64,000 nt of DNA from Selaginella moellendorffii (GCF_000143415.4 NW_003314324.1:1087165-1151164), one strand, 5' to 3'. Positions 11,648 to 25,200 are shown, counted from the stretch's first letter. Numbers and translations: made by a program. Notes: generated by a model from the sequence alone, not told the origin.

Positions 11648-13002
11648 ATGCCTAGGTAAGATCGGCGCCTGTTCTTTCCAGTTCCGAGATGGATTCGATC
11701 GATTTGCTCCGTGTGATAGATACTACTGCGATTACTGTGATACGTATCTCACGCACGACTCGGTAAGGCTGGAGAGCTTGTTCTTCTTTCTTGCTGACCT
11801 ACATTTTGTGTGCAGCCGTCGGTGAGGAAGCAACACAATGCGGGGTACAAACACAAGGTAAGGATTATCAAAATTTGTAGAGGAATGACGTCCTTTCTAT
11901 CTTTCAGTGCTTATAGTGTTTTTTAGTTCCACTCCTTTCTAGGATTTAAATGCTTTTTTTTCTATCTTTTGTTTGCTTTTTTTTCTATCTTGCGTTCACT
12001 CAATTCTTATAATGTTTTAGTTCCACTCCTTTCTAGTTTTCGTTTTCTTCATTCTGTGATCTTTTTAGTTCTGGATCCGTTTTTGTGATGAATTTTGATG
12101 TTCGATTTCATTTTAGTGTGTTCTTGTTCATGTTCGGTTTCGTGGTAGTGTGTTCTTGCGTTTTCGTTTCAGTTTTTTATTGCTTTCTGCTAGTTTTTAT
12201 AGTTCTCAAGCTTGACGTTTTTTTTTATCTTGTCTTTCCAGGCGAACGTCAGAGCTTACTACCAACAGTTCGAGGAGCAACAGACCCAAAGCATCATCGA
12301 CCAGAAAGTCAAGGAGCACCAACACATGGCCGCGTTCCAGGGATTCAAGCAGATGGTGCCAGTGCTCTCACGGCCAGGCATGGGACTGCCGGGCTCGTCT
12401 CCGGCACCAATGATACAACCAATGCGTCCTCCAGTGATGCATCCTGGTGCACCAGGTGGAGGTGAGCGAAAACTTCTCCATTCATTCCAATTCCGCTTTT
12501 CTCTTGTCTCGTCTTTGTTTGTTTATTCACAGCCAGAGTCTGCAAGTCTTTACAGTCCCTCTAGTCTTTTCTGCGGAAGCATTTGACTGACATGCAAGCG
12601 TTTTTTTCTTTTTCTTTGTGCCTTTTTTTCGCAGGCTATCCTCCTGGCCCCGGTGGATTCCGGCCCCCCGTAGCACCAGTTCCTGGCAACACGCAACCAA
12701 ACGGCGTTTACAGACCTCCAATGACACCACCGGGTGCTCCAGGTCGACCACCACCCGGTTCCACAGCTCCAAACGGTATGCCTTCTTCCGGTGGTGGCTA
12801 CTCCCAGCAGCCAGTGGTACCTGGTCAATCCGGCGGCGGCGGCGGCGGTGGTGGTGGTGGTGGTGGTGGTGGCTATGGTGGCTACGGTGGTTATTCACAG
12901 CCACCACCGGGTCCCGGCTATGGTTCGCAGCCTCCTCCTCCTCGACCAGGTATGTCCTCTGGCTATGGTTACTCTCAACCTCCTCCAGGCAGCGGAGATT
13001 GA
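11648..13002 (+). CDS. U1C: U1 snRNP protein C
   Basis: MPR|YYCDYCDTYLTHDS|PSVRKQHNAGYKHK|ANVRAYYQQFEEQQTQSIIDQ matrin-type zinc finger, then a Pro/Gly-rich tail. Confidence 0.95.
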
Positions 13003-14487
13003 CAAACCAAGTTCCGCGATCTCGATCTCTCCGAGGGAAGTTCTCTTTTTCCTTGTTCTCAGCTCTACTTTTCGTCCCTTAAATGCGTTTTCTATTGCTT
13101 TAATACTATTGTGGTGGTGCGATTTAGCAGCAGCTAGATCGAACATGGCATGAATTTGTGGGACGAGAGCCGTGAATCAAAACGTGTTGTTCTTCCTCTA
13201 TTTTTTTTCGCTCGCCGTTTGTTTTGGTTCTTCCAAGCCAGGGACGAAGGAAAGGACAGATTACCTGGGCGCGAGAGGCAGCCATCTGTACGTGTGGCAA
13301 CTGGCTATGTGCTCAAAACGCGTATGGAGGCGATAGAGTGGTGTGCAATTCGCAAAACACGAGCACTTTTCGTCCGGTTAAAGATCGCGCCGCCCGCGTT
13401 GTCCACGTGTCCTACGGACAGAATATTTATAAGAAGATTCCTGGAGATGCATCATGGGGTTAATGTCATGGCCATCATGTTTTTATTTTATGACCCATTC
13501 GATGGATTCATACTTTAATCTGAAATCATTGTCTTTCAAAAGTCTTCAGTTTTCAACAACTCACAAAAACACTTGCATTTTTTTTCATCATCAGTTTCGT
13601 GTTTCAAGAAGAGTAAATAGATAGATAATTCTACTTTGTGCATGACATAATCTGAGGTGTTATCATTGAAAACTATAATTTACTTCCAGATCTTAAATCA
13701 TATCCCAGAAACAACTATAAAATCGATAGAAAATCTTTACTTACTTAATCTATTATCATTACTCCACCATGAAAAGCAAGTCACTAAAGGCTGACCTGAA
13801 TCAGAAGATGAATGAACAGCATGACATGACATGTCATGAACTCATACTATGGCCATTGTATGTATATAAAAAGTACATAAGTTAATCAATCAATAGAAGT
13901 ACGACACGTGGACTACGTGCGGACGTGCGCGGCGGGGGCAGTGTCCCAAAGAGAGCGAGGTAGCTTTGTTTCTTCCTGGGCATTACTTTATCATTTTTGC
14001 TTTACCTCCGCGTGGTAAAAAGCGGTGAAAGGGTTAAACCGTTCTCCCACTGCTTTGCATTTTTGTGTGTGTGGGGAGTAGTGTGTCCTTGTAACACAGT
14101 AGCGCCTCTCCCCGGCTAGGGTTTAGTGAAGCGCGCTGCCAAGAGGAAGAAGCGGAGGAGTAAGCAAGGGCGCGGCGCTAGCTCGCCACTCCATCTCGCG
14201 AATCTATCTATCCGCGCGACGAATGGTGTGCCGAAATCCGGTAGGGTGGGAGCAGCAGCAGTGATTCTCGCATCGGCGCCCTGGCTGGGAGATTTCGGCC
14301 GGCGGATGGGAATTCCGTGGCGCTGAATCCATTGGATCGGCCACGGATCAGGTGGATCGGCAGGACAAGACTTGTTCTAGAGCCGCGGCAGTGGCGGCAA
14401 TTTCTTGCTCTTGGTCCGATCTGCCAGAGCTGACGGGGTTTCCAATGCGTTGCTGAGAGTGGTACGGAAGGCCGTAGCTCGGAGAAA

Positions 14488-16390
14488 ATGGGATGTATAT
14501 TTTGCTTTGGAGGAGGCAAGCAGCAAGAGAGCCGGGTTGGAAGCAAGCCTGGAGCTCGGACGGCTCAACAGGCACCTGGGATCGTGGAGAAGGAGAAGTC
14601 GCTGGCAAAAATTCCCTCCGGTAAGATCGCTGGATGCCTAATTTTTGTTCGAGTTTTGGATGCCAGATCTCATGTCTACGTTTCTGGCTTTTCTTCCGTT
14701 TTTTTGCTACTATAGATAAGGTGAAGCCGGCAGCTTCTTTGGATCGCAAGAAGGAAAATGCACCCGGAGATTCCACTCCAGCCATTGCTGCTCAGACTTT
14801 CACGTTTCGAGAGCTTGCAGCAGCCACGAAGAACTTCAAGGCCGAGTGTCTCTTAGGTGAGGGTGGTTTTGGGCGAGTGTACAAAGGACGACTGGAGAAT
14901 TCGGGACAGGTTTGTGGATTGGTTTTGTAGAGCGGTTTTCTTATACGTTTGTTGTTGTGAATTCAGGTAGTCGCTGTGAAGCAGCTGGATAGAAACGGAT
15001 TGCAAGGCAATCGAGAGTTTTTGGTCGAGGTTTTAATGCTGAGTTTGCTTCACCATCCAAACTTGGTCAACCTCATTGGATACTGTGCAGACGGTGATCA
15101 GAGATTGCTAGTTTACGAGTTTATGCCGCTCGGGTGTTTGGAGGATCACTTGCATGGTACGATACTTTCTCTTGGTCTTGACGGGCTTACCTTCCTCTTG
15201 TTTTTGCTAGATATTCCCCCGGAGAAAGCCCCGCTCGACTGGAACACGCGCATGAAGATCGCGGCTGGTGCTGCGATGGGTCTAGAATATCTGCACGACA
15301 AGGCCAATCCGCCGGTGATTTACAGGGACTTCAAGTCATCCAACATTCTTCTTGACAACAATTTCCACCCAAAGCTCTCCGACTTCGGGCTTGCAAAGCT
15401 CGGCCCTGTCGGTGACAAGACGCACGTCTCAACGAGAGTTATGGGGACTTACGGCTATTGTGCACCAGAGTATGCGATGACGGGACAGTTGACATTAAAG
15501 TCGGACGTATACAGTTTTGGAGTCGTGCTACTAGAGCTTATAACAGGTAGAAAGGCGATCGACAACTCAAGACCAGCTGGAGAGCACAATCTTGTGGCCT
15601 GGGTACGCAGCTTTGCTACTTTTAGTACTGACGATGTGGCAAAGCTTGTTGTTCTGACCGTTGTTTTGTTTTCATCCAGGCAAGGCCCCTGTTCAAAGAC
15701 CGGAGAAAGTTCCCGTCCATGTCGGATCCGCTGTTGCAAGGCAGATATCCAATGCGCGGCCTGTATCAGGCTCTGGCAGTCGCTGCGATGTGCCTCCAGG
15801 AGCAAGCGGGCACGAGACCACTGATCGCCGACGTAGTCACCGCTCTAAACTATCTCGCCAGCCAGACATACGACCCCGGCGTTCATCCTCTCTCCAACAG
15901 CAGGCTGACGCCACCATCGTCCAGAGAGAAGCGGGAGAAGGACAAAGAGAAAGAGAGGAAGCTGTCACTCGCAACTCCTGCTGCTGCTGCTGCTGCTGGT
16001 GATGATCGCGGCAAGAACAATGGCGTGCATTCTCCGAGCGTCACAGCCAAATCGTCCGCAAAGTCATCTCCAAATGTCCGTGTGAAAGACGAGGACAGTC
16101 CCAGGAACTTACTGGAGGAAGCCAAGCTGCACGATAGCAGCAAACAGCGAGAGGCGGACGACTGGGAGATGTACGACAGGAACTCGATGAGCCCCAGCCG
16201 CACCAACAAGATCTTCAAGGAAGGATTCAAGATCTTGGATCACGACCGGGAGAGAGCGGTGGCGGAAGCAAGGATCTGGGGGGAGAGCTACAGGGAAAGG
16301 AAGCGAGGCAACACACAGGGTGGTGGTGGGGGCGGCGGCGGCAGTGGTGGTGGCAGTGGTGGTGGTGGTGGTGGTGGCACCGATTGCTAG
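14488..16390 (+). CDS. Receptor-like cytoplasmic kinase VII, PBS1/PBL27-like
   Basis: MGCIFCFG acylation-type N-terminus. Motifs [62 protein letters not shown]-terminal [14 protein letters not shown] as in PBL27-type proteins. Confidence 0.93.
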
Positions 16391-16516
16391 AGCGAGAAGA
16401 GCAGAACGAGCGAATTTTGTCCTCTGAGCTGATGCCTCACGAGCAGGCCAGGTTTTAAAATTTACATTTCTCTCCCTCTCGCTGTTACAGTGATCTTTTC
16501 TTTTTTGTTCTTGTTG

Positions 16517-16625
16517 TATAGCTTCCAGAGCTCTTCTAAGTTCTCCGAGCGGCTATAGCTTCCAGAGCTCTTCCAAGTCCTCCGAGCGGCTATAGCTTCC
16601 AGAGTTCTTCCAAGTTCTCGGCTAC
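16517..16625. repeat. 37-bp tandem repeat, about 3 copies, between the convergent kinase and SWC2 stop codons
   Basis: tatagcttccagagctcttc(t/c)aagt(t/c)ctccgagcggc starting at 16517, 16554 and 16591. Confidence 0.9.
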
Positions 16626-16627
16626 TT

Positions 16628-18565
16628 TCAGTGGTGCCAGGGAAAGCCGGACGTGAACTGGGCCTCGAGCTTCTCGTTGGTCTCGTACAGGATGCTGTCC
16701 TCGATCTTATAGTCGGGCTTGAGATCGTCCAGTCCCTCGAGCATGAAGTCGGCCTCGTCGATCACTTGGTGGAAGTCGATGGGTGGCGGCGGGGGTTGCA
16801 GAACCGGGACCACGATTCGAGGCTGGTGATTGAGAGCTTGCGGCGATGACGATGACACCATGCTGCCACTGGGGGATTTCTTAAACTTGAGCTTGACGAC
16901 GCCCGCGCGGCTACTAGGAGCTCTCTCCGTCTCGACTTTCGTCCGTTTCCTCTGGTGGATTTCTTCCAAGCTGTCTCTCCGCGTGGACGAGGATTTGTCG
17001 CCGCTTCTCGAGAACCTGGAACGAGGAAAAAGAAAAAGAAAAAAAGCATGAGTTTCTTTCTCCATGCTCGAAGTCGATCGATCGCTGCTGTGAGAAAAAG
17101 TGAGCTTTGTTTTTTACCTCTCGCGGAGTATCTTGAACGCTTCCTTCGTGGCATACGGCTGGCCTGTCTTGGGATCTTTGTACCTGCGCAAAGACGCAAA
17201 AAACAAAACACCAGATTTTTGTCCCAGTTTTCGCTTGTCCTTGTAAAGAAGAGAAAAAATGACTCACCTGGCTGGCTGGCCTGTTACAACGCATAAAGCT
17301 TTCTCGGGATCTGGCGTAGAAAAGAAGAAAAGGAAAAAAACAAGAGAGAAAGTGAGAATCGAGGGTGAAAACGAGAAAGAATGAGAAAGGAGAGTGACTC
17401 GTTTACAAGGCTTTGCTTTGGAGTTAATGGCGCTAGGAAGCGTGCTCACTTTGGTGAACTCCAGTACATTGTATCCTGAAAGTGTGAGAGCGTTAAACAA
17501 AGACGATCTTTGGAAATGCTCGAGATTGCAGTACCGCCTTTGGAAATGAATCTGACTTGAGGACCATTGTACACCGTTTTCTGTATGATTGCCTTCTTCT
17601 TAACTTCTTCTTCTCGAGCGAGCATGCGTTCCAGAGACTGTAAATTGATAACCTCTGCGTTCGTAATGAATGAGTCGAGAAAAAATATGGAGCGAATGTA
17701 CCTGTTTGAGCTGCCTCGAGAAGCATGTCTTCCTGAGACATCTTCTTCTCTTCTTCCCGTTTTCTCTTCACTGGCTGGATAGAACAGCGAAAACGAAAAA
17801 GCAAAAGATCAAGCAAGAGACAAGAGAAGGCTTGCATGAAAACTGAAATCGTACCTTGGGTGTGGTTTGCAAAGCTGCTTTGGCGGCTCTCTCAGCTTGC
17901 CTCGCCACAACGGACACTCTCGTGGATTTTCTGATGATCCTCTCGCTTTCTCCATCGCCATCCTCCTGATCACTTGGCCGGGGCGGTGCCTTTTTCTTTG
18001 GCTTCGGCTTGTCTGTGCGTGCAACGTTTTTCAGTAGAAAGCTGACGCTCTTTTTCTTCTTGTCCGCCCCGGGCTTCTTGTAGGGAAACTTTCTCTTCTT
18101 TTTGACAACCTCTCTATAAAATGGAAAAGAAAAAAAAAACGCTAAGAACTTTTCTTCGAAAAGAGAAAGAGTGAGAGAGCTTACTTTTCTTCTTTAACTT
18201 CGTTTTCCGATTCAGGTCCCTGCAAAAACCTCATACAAATATCACACGAAAAATGAAAAGCAAAGAATGCGAACCTCGTCTTGATCAAAGTCACTGTCGA
18301 ATTCATCAACCTCTTCTGCCTCTTCCTGATATTCCTTATCATTGTTTTCCTGCGAAGAAGCAAAAATTAAACACTCTAGAGCACAATGTAGCAGTGATCA
18401 TCACCTCCTTGAACGCTTCCTGGCCCCAAAACGAGTTATCCGCCTCAACCTCATCATCCAGCAGCTTCGTGAGCCTAGAAATCCGATAAAAAACCGGGCA
18501 AATCTCCCCAAAAACCCCCACCTTTTCCCTCGCGTCGCCCGCGCCGAGCGCGGCAATTCCTCCAT
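16628..18565 (-). CDS. SWC2: SWR1 complex subunit 2 (YL1/Vps72), multi-exon
   Basis: MEELPRSARATRGKR|ISRLTKLLDDEVEADNSFWGQEAFKE; DEFDSDFDQDE; KKMSQEDMLLEAAQTE; YL1-C motif CVVTGQPA|RYKDPKTGQPYATKEAFKI. Confidence 0.92.
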
Positions 18566-19250
18566 AGCTCAAAATCCCAACAAGAGCCCTAGATGCAACG
18601 CATATTCTCCACCGAAAGTCCACTTACCAGAATATCCGCCGGACCTTCCGTGCGGCAGACATACGTTAGCATATTCTTCTAAAGCTAATCTTAGCCGCTT
18701 GTGATTGGCCACCGCAGGATAAAGACGCCGCACGCGGCAGGAAAACCGCATCTGCGGCGCCGCACGATCGGACGCACGCCACGAACTGGCGGCAAAAAGC
18801 CAACTGTGCGTTTGCTCCACACACATTCTCCCTCTCTTCTTCTCTCACATACATTCTTGTTTGCCACAGAGCTTTCGGGGAGTATCCCTCTCTTGGCTAT
18901 GGCGCAGGGTTAGGGTAAGAGGCAGTGTAGGTCTTCGCGTCTTGGCGCCTTGGCGGCTCTGGTGCTGCGGATTAGCTTCTTCCTCGCGACGCGAATCAGA
19001 GGCGCTGGTGACCGGCGCTGCGTTTGCGTGTGATTCCAGGTGAGAGCGCCAGATCGATCGCTAGGGTTTGAATCTTCCGAGAGTGACAACAGAGCTCTCG
19101 GCAGTTATTAGGTTCTAGATCGTTTCGCGGAGCTTGGAATATCGTTCTAACGCTTTTGGTTTGTCTTGTGTTCTAGGATGCGCCCAAGGCAGCTAGAGTT
19201 CTAGCGAGCTCGGCTTTGGGTCGTTTTTTATTTTTACTTCTTCTTGCGCA

Positions 19251-20653
19251 ATGGCTGCTGAGGGGCACATTCACGCTCATCACCAAAATGTGCACAGTAT
19301 GCACGTCGACGACACGGATGAGGTGGGAGAAGAGATCGAGGGGGTAAACCATCTCCATCCTCACTCTCATATGCATATGCACGAAGACCACGGGCTCCAC
19401 GATCACCACCACGACATTGAGATCGAGGACCAAGACGACGAGGAGCAAGATGGCGAGGGCCTGGACGAGGCGGAGATGCATTCCGATGGTGGTCACCCCG
19501 TAGAGCCTCCGGCGGCTCTCACCGGACGGTCTCATGCCACGACCCAGCTCACGCTCTCGTACCAAGGAGAAGTTTATGTCTTCGATACAGTTGCTCCAGA
19601 GAAGGTACTGTTTTTTGCTGCTCTTCATTCGTTCTCGTGGTTTCCTGGTGTCATGATCAACTAAAAACTTGATTTTGATCTTTGGTTTTGGCAGGTCCAA
19701 GAGGTGTTGCTACTGCTGGGAGGCCGGGAGATACAGTCGAGCCTCCCTGGAGCGAGCATGCCCGGGCACCACTATGGGAAGGTAATGCCACTGTTCTCGT
19801 ATGTATATTCGAACCAAGTGTCAATATCTCTGGGCTTACAGATCGCTTGGAATGAAAACAGGGCCTTTCGGAACTCCCGTCGCGAATGAACATGCCGCAG
19901 AGAATCACGGCGCTCACGAGGTTCCGGGAGAAGCGGAAGGAGCGCTGCTATGACAAGAAGATCCGCTACACTGTTCGCAAGGAAGTTGCACAGAGGTATT
20001 GAGTGTGCGGTGGAACTGTTGTGCTTTGCCTTTCATCAATTAATATCAATCTCTTCTTGTTTTTTGTGTCTCTTTTCTCGGCAGAATGCATCGGAAGAAG
20101 GGTCAGTTCGCGTCCTCCAAGGTACTCCAGGAGGAAGCGGCAGCCAAAGCTAATGGAAGCAGTCCTCCAACACCTGGACAACCCACTCCACCGGGTGGTG
20201 CTCCTCAACCAGAAATCCTGTAAGTCATCTGGCCTTTTGCAACTTAGTTTCCTCATCTTTTCCTTTCTTTGTTCTGTCTCTAGATGCACACATTGTGGCA
20301 CTGGTGAGCGATCGACACCGATGATGAGACGAGGCCCCTCTGGACCGAGGACGTTGTGCAATGCCTGCGGATTAATGTGGGCCAATAAGGTAGACACCCA
20401 AGTTCTCTCTATAATCCCGGTTTCGCTGTTAAAAACTCAAAAGCCGTTTCAGGGTGTCTTGAGGGACCTCTCCAAAAACGCACAAGCACCAGGCTCCGTT
20501 CTCCAGATTCCTACTCTTACACAAGTAAGCTCTCCCAAGGTTTCCAATTTTCTCTTAAGTTTTCCTCTCCAAGTTTCCATTTTTCTCTCTTCTAACTTCT
20601 CTTTGTCTGTGTAACAGAGTGAATCAGAAGGCCACAAACCTGACCCAGCCTGA
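19251..20653 (+). CDS. ZIM/ZML-type GATA transcription factor (TIFY + CCT + GATA zinc finger)
   Basis: [32 protein letters not shown] (TIFY); [40 protein letters not shown] (CCT); [35 protein letters not shown] (GATA, CX20C). Confidence 0.95.
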
Positions 20654-20917
20654 GATACAAAGCATTGTTCTAAAGCGAGAATAAGAACTCCATACAAAGC
20701 AAAGGAACGAGAAGAGGTGGGTGATTCGCTGTTTGATGCAATATTGTACACGAATGTGTTCATAGAAGCATACTTAAAATTATAGATTCTCCTGTTCTTG
20801 CTGTAACTTGTTGCCATGAAACCAAATGTACTAACATGGAAAAAGTCAGTTTCCATGGTATCCATTGTAAAAATCCTTGATACAACCTTATTGGAGTTGG
20901 AATCCAAGCGATTTGTT

Positions 20918-21868
20918 TTACGGCGTTGTGGTGGCCTCAGTCTCTGGCCCAGACTTGAGATCGAACTTTTCCTGGAGTAGCGTGAGAACTTCTGCCAGAG
21001 ATCTCACCTTGAAAGTGGGGCGTTGGAGCAAAGACAGATGCGAGACGATGTATTTGTCGTCTTGATCCAAGAGACAAGTCGCTGTTCCAGCCTTGTTGCC
21101 ACAAACAATCTACAAGAACTTATGAACTTCAGAAGCAATAGATAGAAATCGAGAGGAACTTACATCATCTTTTGGATGGTCTCCAACCATGAGAACTTCG
21201 TGCGGGGGAACTCCCCATGCGCTACAGATGTGGAGGAGCGGGGCCGGATTTGGTTTGTATGGACGGAATTCTCTGCTTAGAGCTGGGCTAAAGTGTGGTT
21301 TCTGCGAGGAAGTGAGTAATTAGCTACGATCGAAGAGAGAAAAGGATAGAGCACCTCGAATCTAGCATGGAAGTAATCGACAGCAGCCTTGACGTTGCGA
21401 GTGATCAATCCCCTCCTGCGATTTACTGCTCAAAAACTTAGGGAAGAACTAACAAGCTTCACGTTACTTACTTGAGCTTCTTCTCGTCGATGAAGTCACA
21501 CAGCTCCTTCGCTCCTACACACACAAGAACAGAGAACTGAAATTTCCCGAATTGGAGCTTGTCCAAGCCAAATTCCAAATCCAAATCTGTGAGCGCTTAC
21601 CAGGCATGAATTGGAGCTTGTCCAATCCCTCCTTCTCGTACTCGGCAATCGTCGCATAGGCGCGCTGCTGCTCCTCCGGGCTCCACTGCTCAATCTCGTG
21701 CAAAATATCGATCGCCTTGTCCGAGCTCGGCTGATGCCGGCTCCCCAGGACCGCCCTGTACAGCGCCGGGAAATCGATCACTGGAATCGTGAGAGTGCCG
21801 TCCATATCGAAGACGACGCCGCGCAGTGTCCCGCGCAATGCGGGCAGCGCCATAGCCGAAATTCGCAT
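20918..21868 (-). CDS. HAD-superfamily hydrolase (At2g33255-like), multi-exon
   Basis: Motif I LRGVVFDMDGTLTIP; GLITRN; FRPYKPNPAPLLHIC; MVGDHPKDD|IVCGNKAG. Stop TAA at 20918-20920. Confidence 0.9.
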
Positions 21869-21977
21869 AAACCCTAAGCTCTGTTTTCTAGGGTTTTTAT
21901 GGGCCTCTTCTTTTTAGGGTTCTAACGATCCAAGATTTGGTGGTATTCCATTTCGAAATGTAGCCGGCCGGCGCGAC

Positions 21978-22040
21978 TCCCGCCAAATCGCCATCCAATC
22001 GCCGCAATCCACGTGCCTCCTTTCAATGTGGGCGGGAAAA
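21978..22040. promoter_or_regulatory. Two E2F-type sites in the HAD/RNR1 divergent promoter, with telo-boxes nearby
   Basis: TCCCGCCAAA (21978-21987) and GGCGGGAAAA (22031-22040) fit the plant E2F consensus TTTSSCGS. AAACCCTA/TAGGGTTT telo-boxes near 21869, 21889 and 22068. Plant RNR genes are established E2F targets. Confidence 0.7.
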
Positions 22041-22246
22041 TATCGCAACGAGGAAGCTTTTCGGCTATAGGGTTTTATACCGTGTGGCGGTTTAGGAGGG
22101 AGCGTTACTTGGAGGCGCTCAATCGATTCCTCCGCGAGCTTGCTAGCCTTGCTCATTTCGGTCCCGCTGCTCGTCCGAGAATTCCCAGGTGAGATTTCTA
22201 GTGTCGGCGGCTTCGATCTGTTGCTAAGCCTTGCAAATCCAGGAAA

Positions 22247-25200
22247 ATGTATGTCATCAAGAGGGATGGGAAGCAAGAGGCTGTGCATTTCGACAAGATC
22301 ACCGCCCGGCTCAAGAAGCTGAGCTATTCCCTCAATCCCGACTACTGTGATCCCGTGATTGTGGCACAGAAAGTATGCGCTGGGGTTTACAAGGGTGTTA
22401 CTACCAGTCAGCTGGACGAATTGGCTGCCGAGACTGCGGCTTCCATGACTACAAGTCATCCTGACTATGCAATTGTAAGCTAGAAGCTTGTTCTCGTTTG
22501 TTCTGCAAGCCTTTTTCTTTGTCAGTTTACTTATAGTTTTCACAGCTTGCTGCCAGGATTGTTGTCTCGAATCTTCACAAGAAAACTAAAAAGTCCTTCT
22601 CAGAGACGTAAGTTTTCTTCGAGAATTTCTCTATTGTCTAACCAAAGCTGGGCTATCAGTGTGAAGGAGATGTACAGCCACGTTGACGAGAGGTCTGGAC
22701 TGAAAGCTCCTCTCATTGCTAATGATGTCTACGATATCATTATGAAAGTGAGTATTCCCGTCATTGGTTCTCCTTTTCTGTTCTCATCAGTTTCTCTTTC
22801 TCTTTTCGTCCAGAACGCGGCGAAGCTTGATAGCGAAATCATCTATGACAGGGATTTCGACTATGACTACTTTGGATTCAAGACGCTCGAAAGATCATAC
22901 CTCTTGAAAGTGAACGGGAGAGTCGTTGAGCGGCCTCAACACATGCTCATGCGAGTATCTGTAGGCATACACAAGGAGGACATTGAAGCTGCAATCAAGA
23001 CGTACCATCTCATGTCTCAGCGTTGGTTTACCCATGCCTCACCAACACTGTTTAATGCTGGGACTCCTCGGCCTCAGGTTGGTTGCTTCGTGATTCTCCT
23101 TTTGTAGTTTACTTCTAACTGTGACTTCTACAGCTTAGTAGCTGCTTCCTTCTCTGCATGAAGGAGGATAGCATTGAAGGCATTTATGATACCCTGAAGG
23201 AGTGTGCAGTAATCAGCAAGTCAGCCGGGGGTATCGGCCTCTCTGTCCATAATATTCGCGCCACTAACAGTTATATCCGTGGAACGAACGGCACGTCGAA
23301 CGGGATTGTTCCTATGCTTCGAGTGTTCAATGATACCGCTCGCTATGTCGATCAAGGGGGAGGCAAGAGGAAAGGTATCATGTACAGCTTTTCAACATTT
23401 ATAATCATCATTATTACTTTTGTTTCGTTTTTTACCACATGCAGGAGCTTTTGCGATCTATTTGGAACCGTGGCATGCAGATGTGTTTGATTGGCTTGAT
23501 CTTAAGAAAAACCACGGGAAGGTAGTGTCTTTTTGTCCTGCAATTCATTTTTAGTTTCTTGCATCAACGCACAGGAGGAGAACCGTGCCCGTGATTTGTT
23601 CTATGGCCTCTGGATTCCTGATCTTTTCATGGAACGAGTTAGGAGCAATAGCGATTGGTCTTTGTTTTGTCCGAACGAGGCTCCTGGATTGGCTGACTGC
23701 TGGGGTGAGGAGTTTGAAAGCTTGTACACGAGATATGAAAGGGAGGTCAGTCTCCTTGCTCTACTTCTTTTATGAGCTTAATTTTTGCGGTGTTTATCAG
23801 GGGAGAGCTAAACGTTCCTTATCAGCTCAGAAACTTTGGTTTGCAATTTTGGAATCTCAGATGGAAACTGGCAATCCGTACATGGTTTTTAAGGTGTGAA
23901 CTCAAGGAGTGTCTTCTTATTTCTGACGCTTTTTTCCGTTTCAGGATACTTGCAACAGGAAGAGCAATCAACAAAATCTGGGGACTATCAAGTGCTCAAA
24001 TCTCTGCACTGAGATTGTGGAATATACCAGTCCCTCTGAGACAGCCGTGTGTAACCTTGCATCCATTGCGTTACCTCGGTTTGTTCGTGAACAAGGAATA
24101 AACTCGGAAACGAAACTGGTCGGTAGCAAGGGATGCAAAAATAGAGTTTTTGATTTCCACAAACTGGCTGAGGTAACACAGCTTTCATGATTCTCTAACA
24201 TCAACTTGGAGATTGTTTCCAGGTGACAACAGTAGTGACTGAAAACTTAAACAAGATTATTGACATCAACTACTACCCAGTTGACACAGCAAAGCGTTCA
24301 AATCTTCGACATCGTCCAATTGGGATTGGTGTCCAAGGATTAGCTGACGCATTTATTCTCCTTGGGCTCCCATTCGACTCCGAAGAGGTACAACGTTTTT
24401 TTCTTGTGGCCGTCTTACGTTTTCTCTTTTACAGGCTCGTGATCTGAACAAAGACATTTTTGAGACGATCTATTATCATGCCATGAAAACGTCAAGCATT
24501 CTGGCAGAATTATATGGAGTTTATGAAACATATCCTGGAAGTCCAGTCAGTAAGGTTCGGGTAGTGAGTATTATCTTTTTCTGTATCAATGCTTTGTCTT
24601 TCCAGGGAGTCTTTCAACCAGATATGTGGAACGTTATACCGTCTGGTCGTTGGGATTGGGCAGCCTTGAAGGAAATGGTCGCCCGCCATGGAGTACGCAA
24701 TTCCTTACTTGTTGCTCCAATGCCGACAGCATCAACAAGCCAAATTCTTGGAAACAACGAGTGTTTTGAGCCTTATACATCCAATATTTACACTCGACGC
24801 GTTCTAAGGTATGCCTTCTTTCTGTATCAGCTGTGATACTTATGTTGCCTGCCACAGTGGTGAATTTGTTGTGGTTAACAAGCATTTGCTGAACGATTTG
24901 ACCGATTTGGGAATATGGACACCGGATCTGAAGAACAAAGTAATGGCTTATAATGGCTCCATTCAGAGCATCGAAGGGATACCGGACGATCTTAAACAAA
25001 TATACCGGTTTGTTTGTGGACAAGTTTTTATTCTTTCTGAACCAAGTCAATCAGGACTGTATGGGAGATCAAGCAACGGACGATCGTTGATATGGCTGTG
25101 GAACGCGGAGCATACATTGACCAAAGCCAAAGCCTGAACATTCATATGGAGCAGCCCACAACGACCAAATTGACTTCACTACACTTCCACGCATGGTCAG

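Noticed and set aside
16517-16625. CRISPR-like 37-bp repeats
   Set aside because: Direct tandem units with no spacers, in a eukaryotic context with no cas genes.
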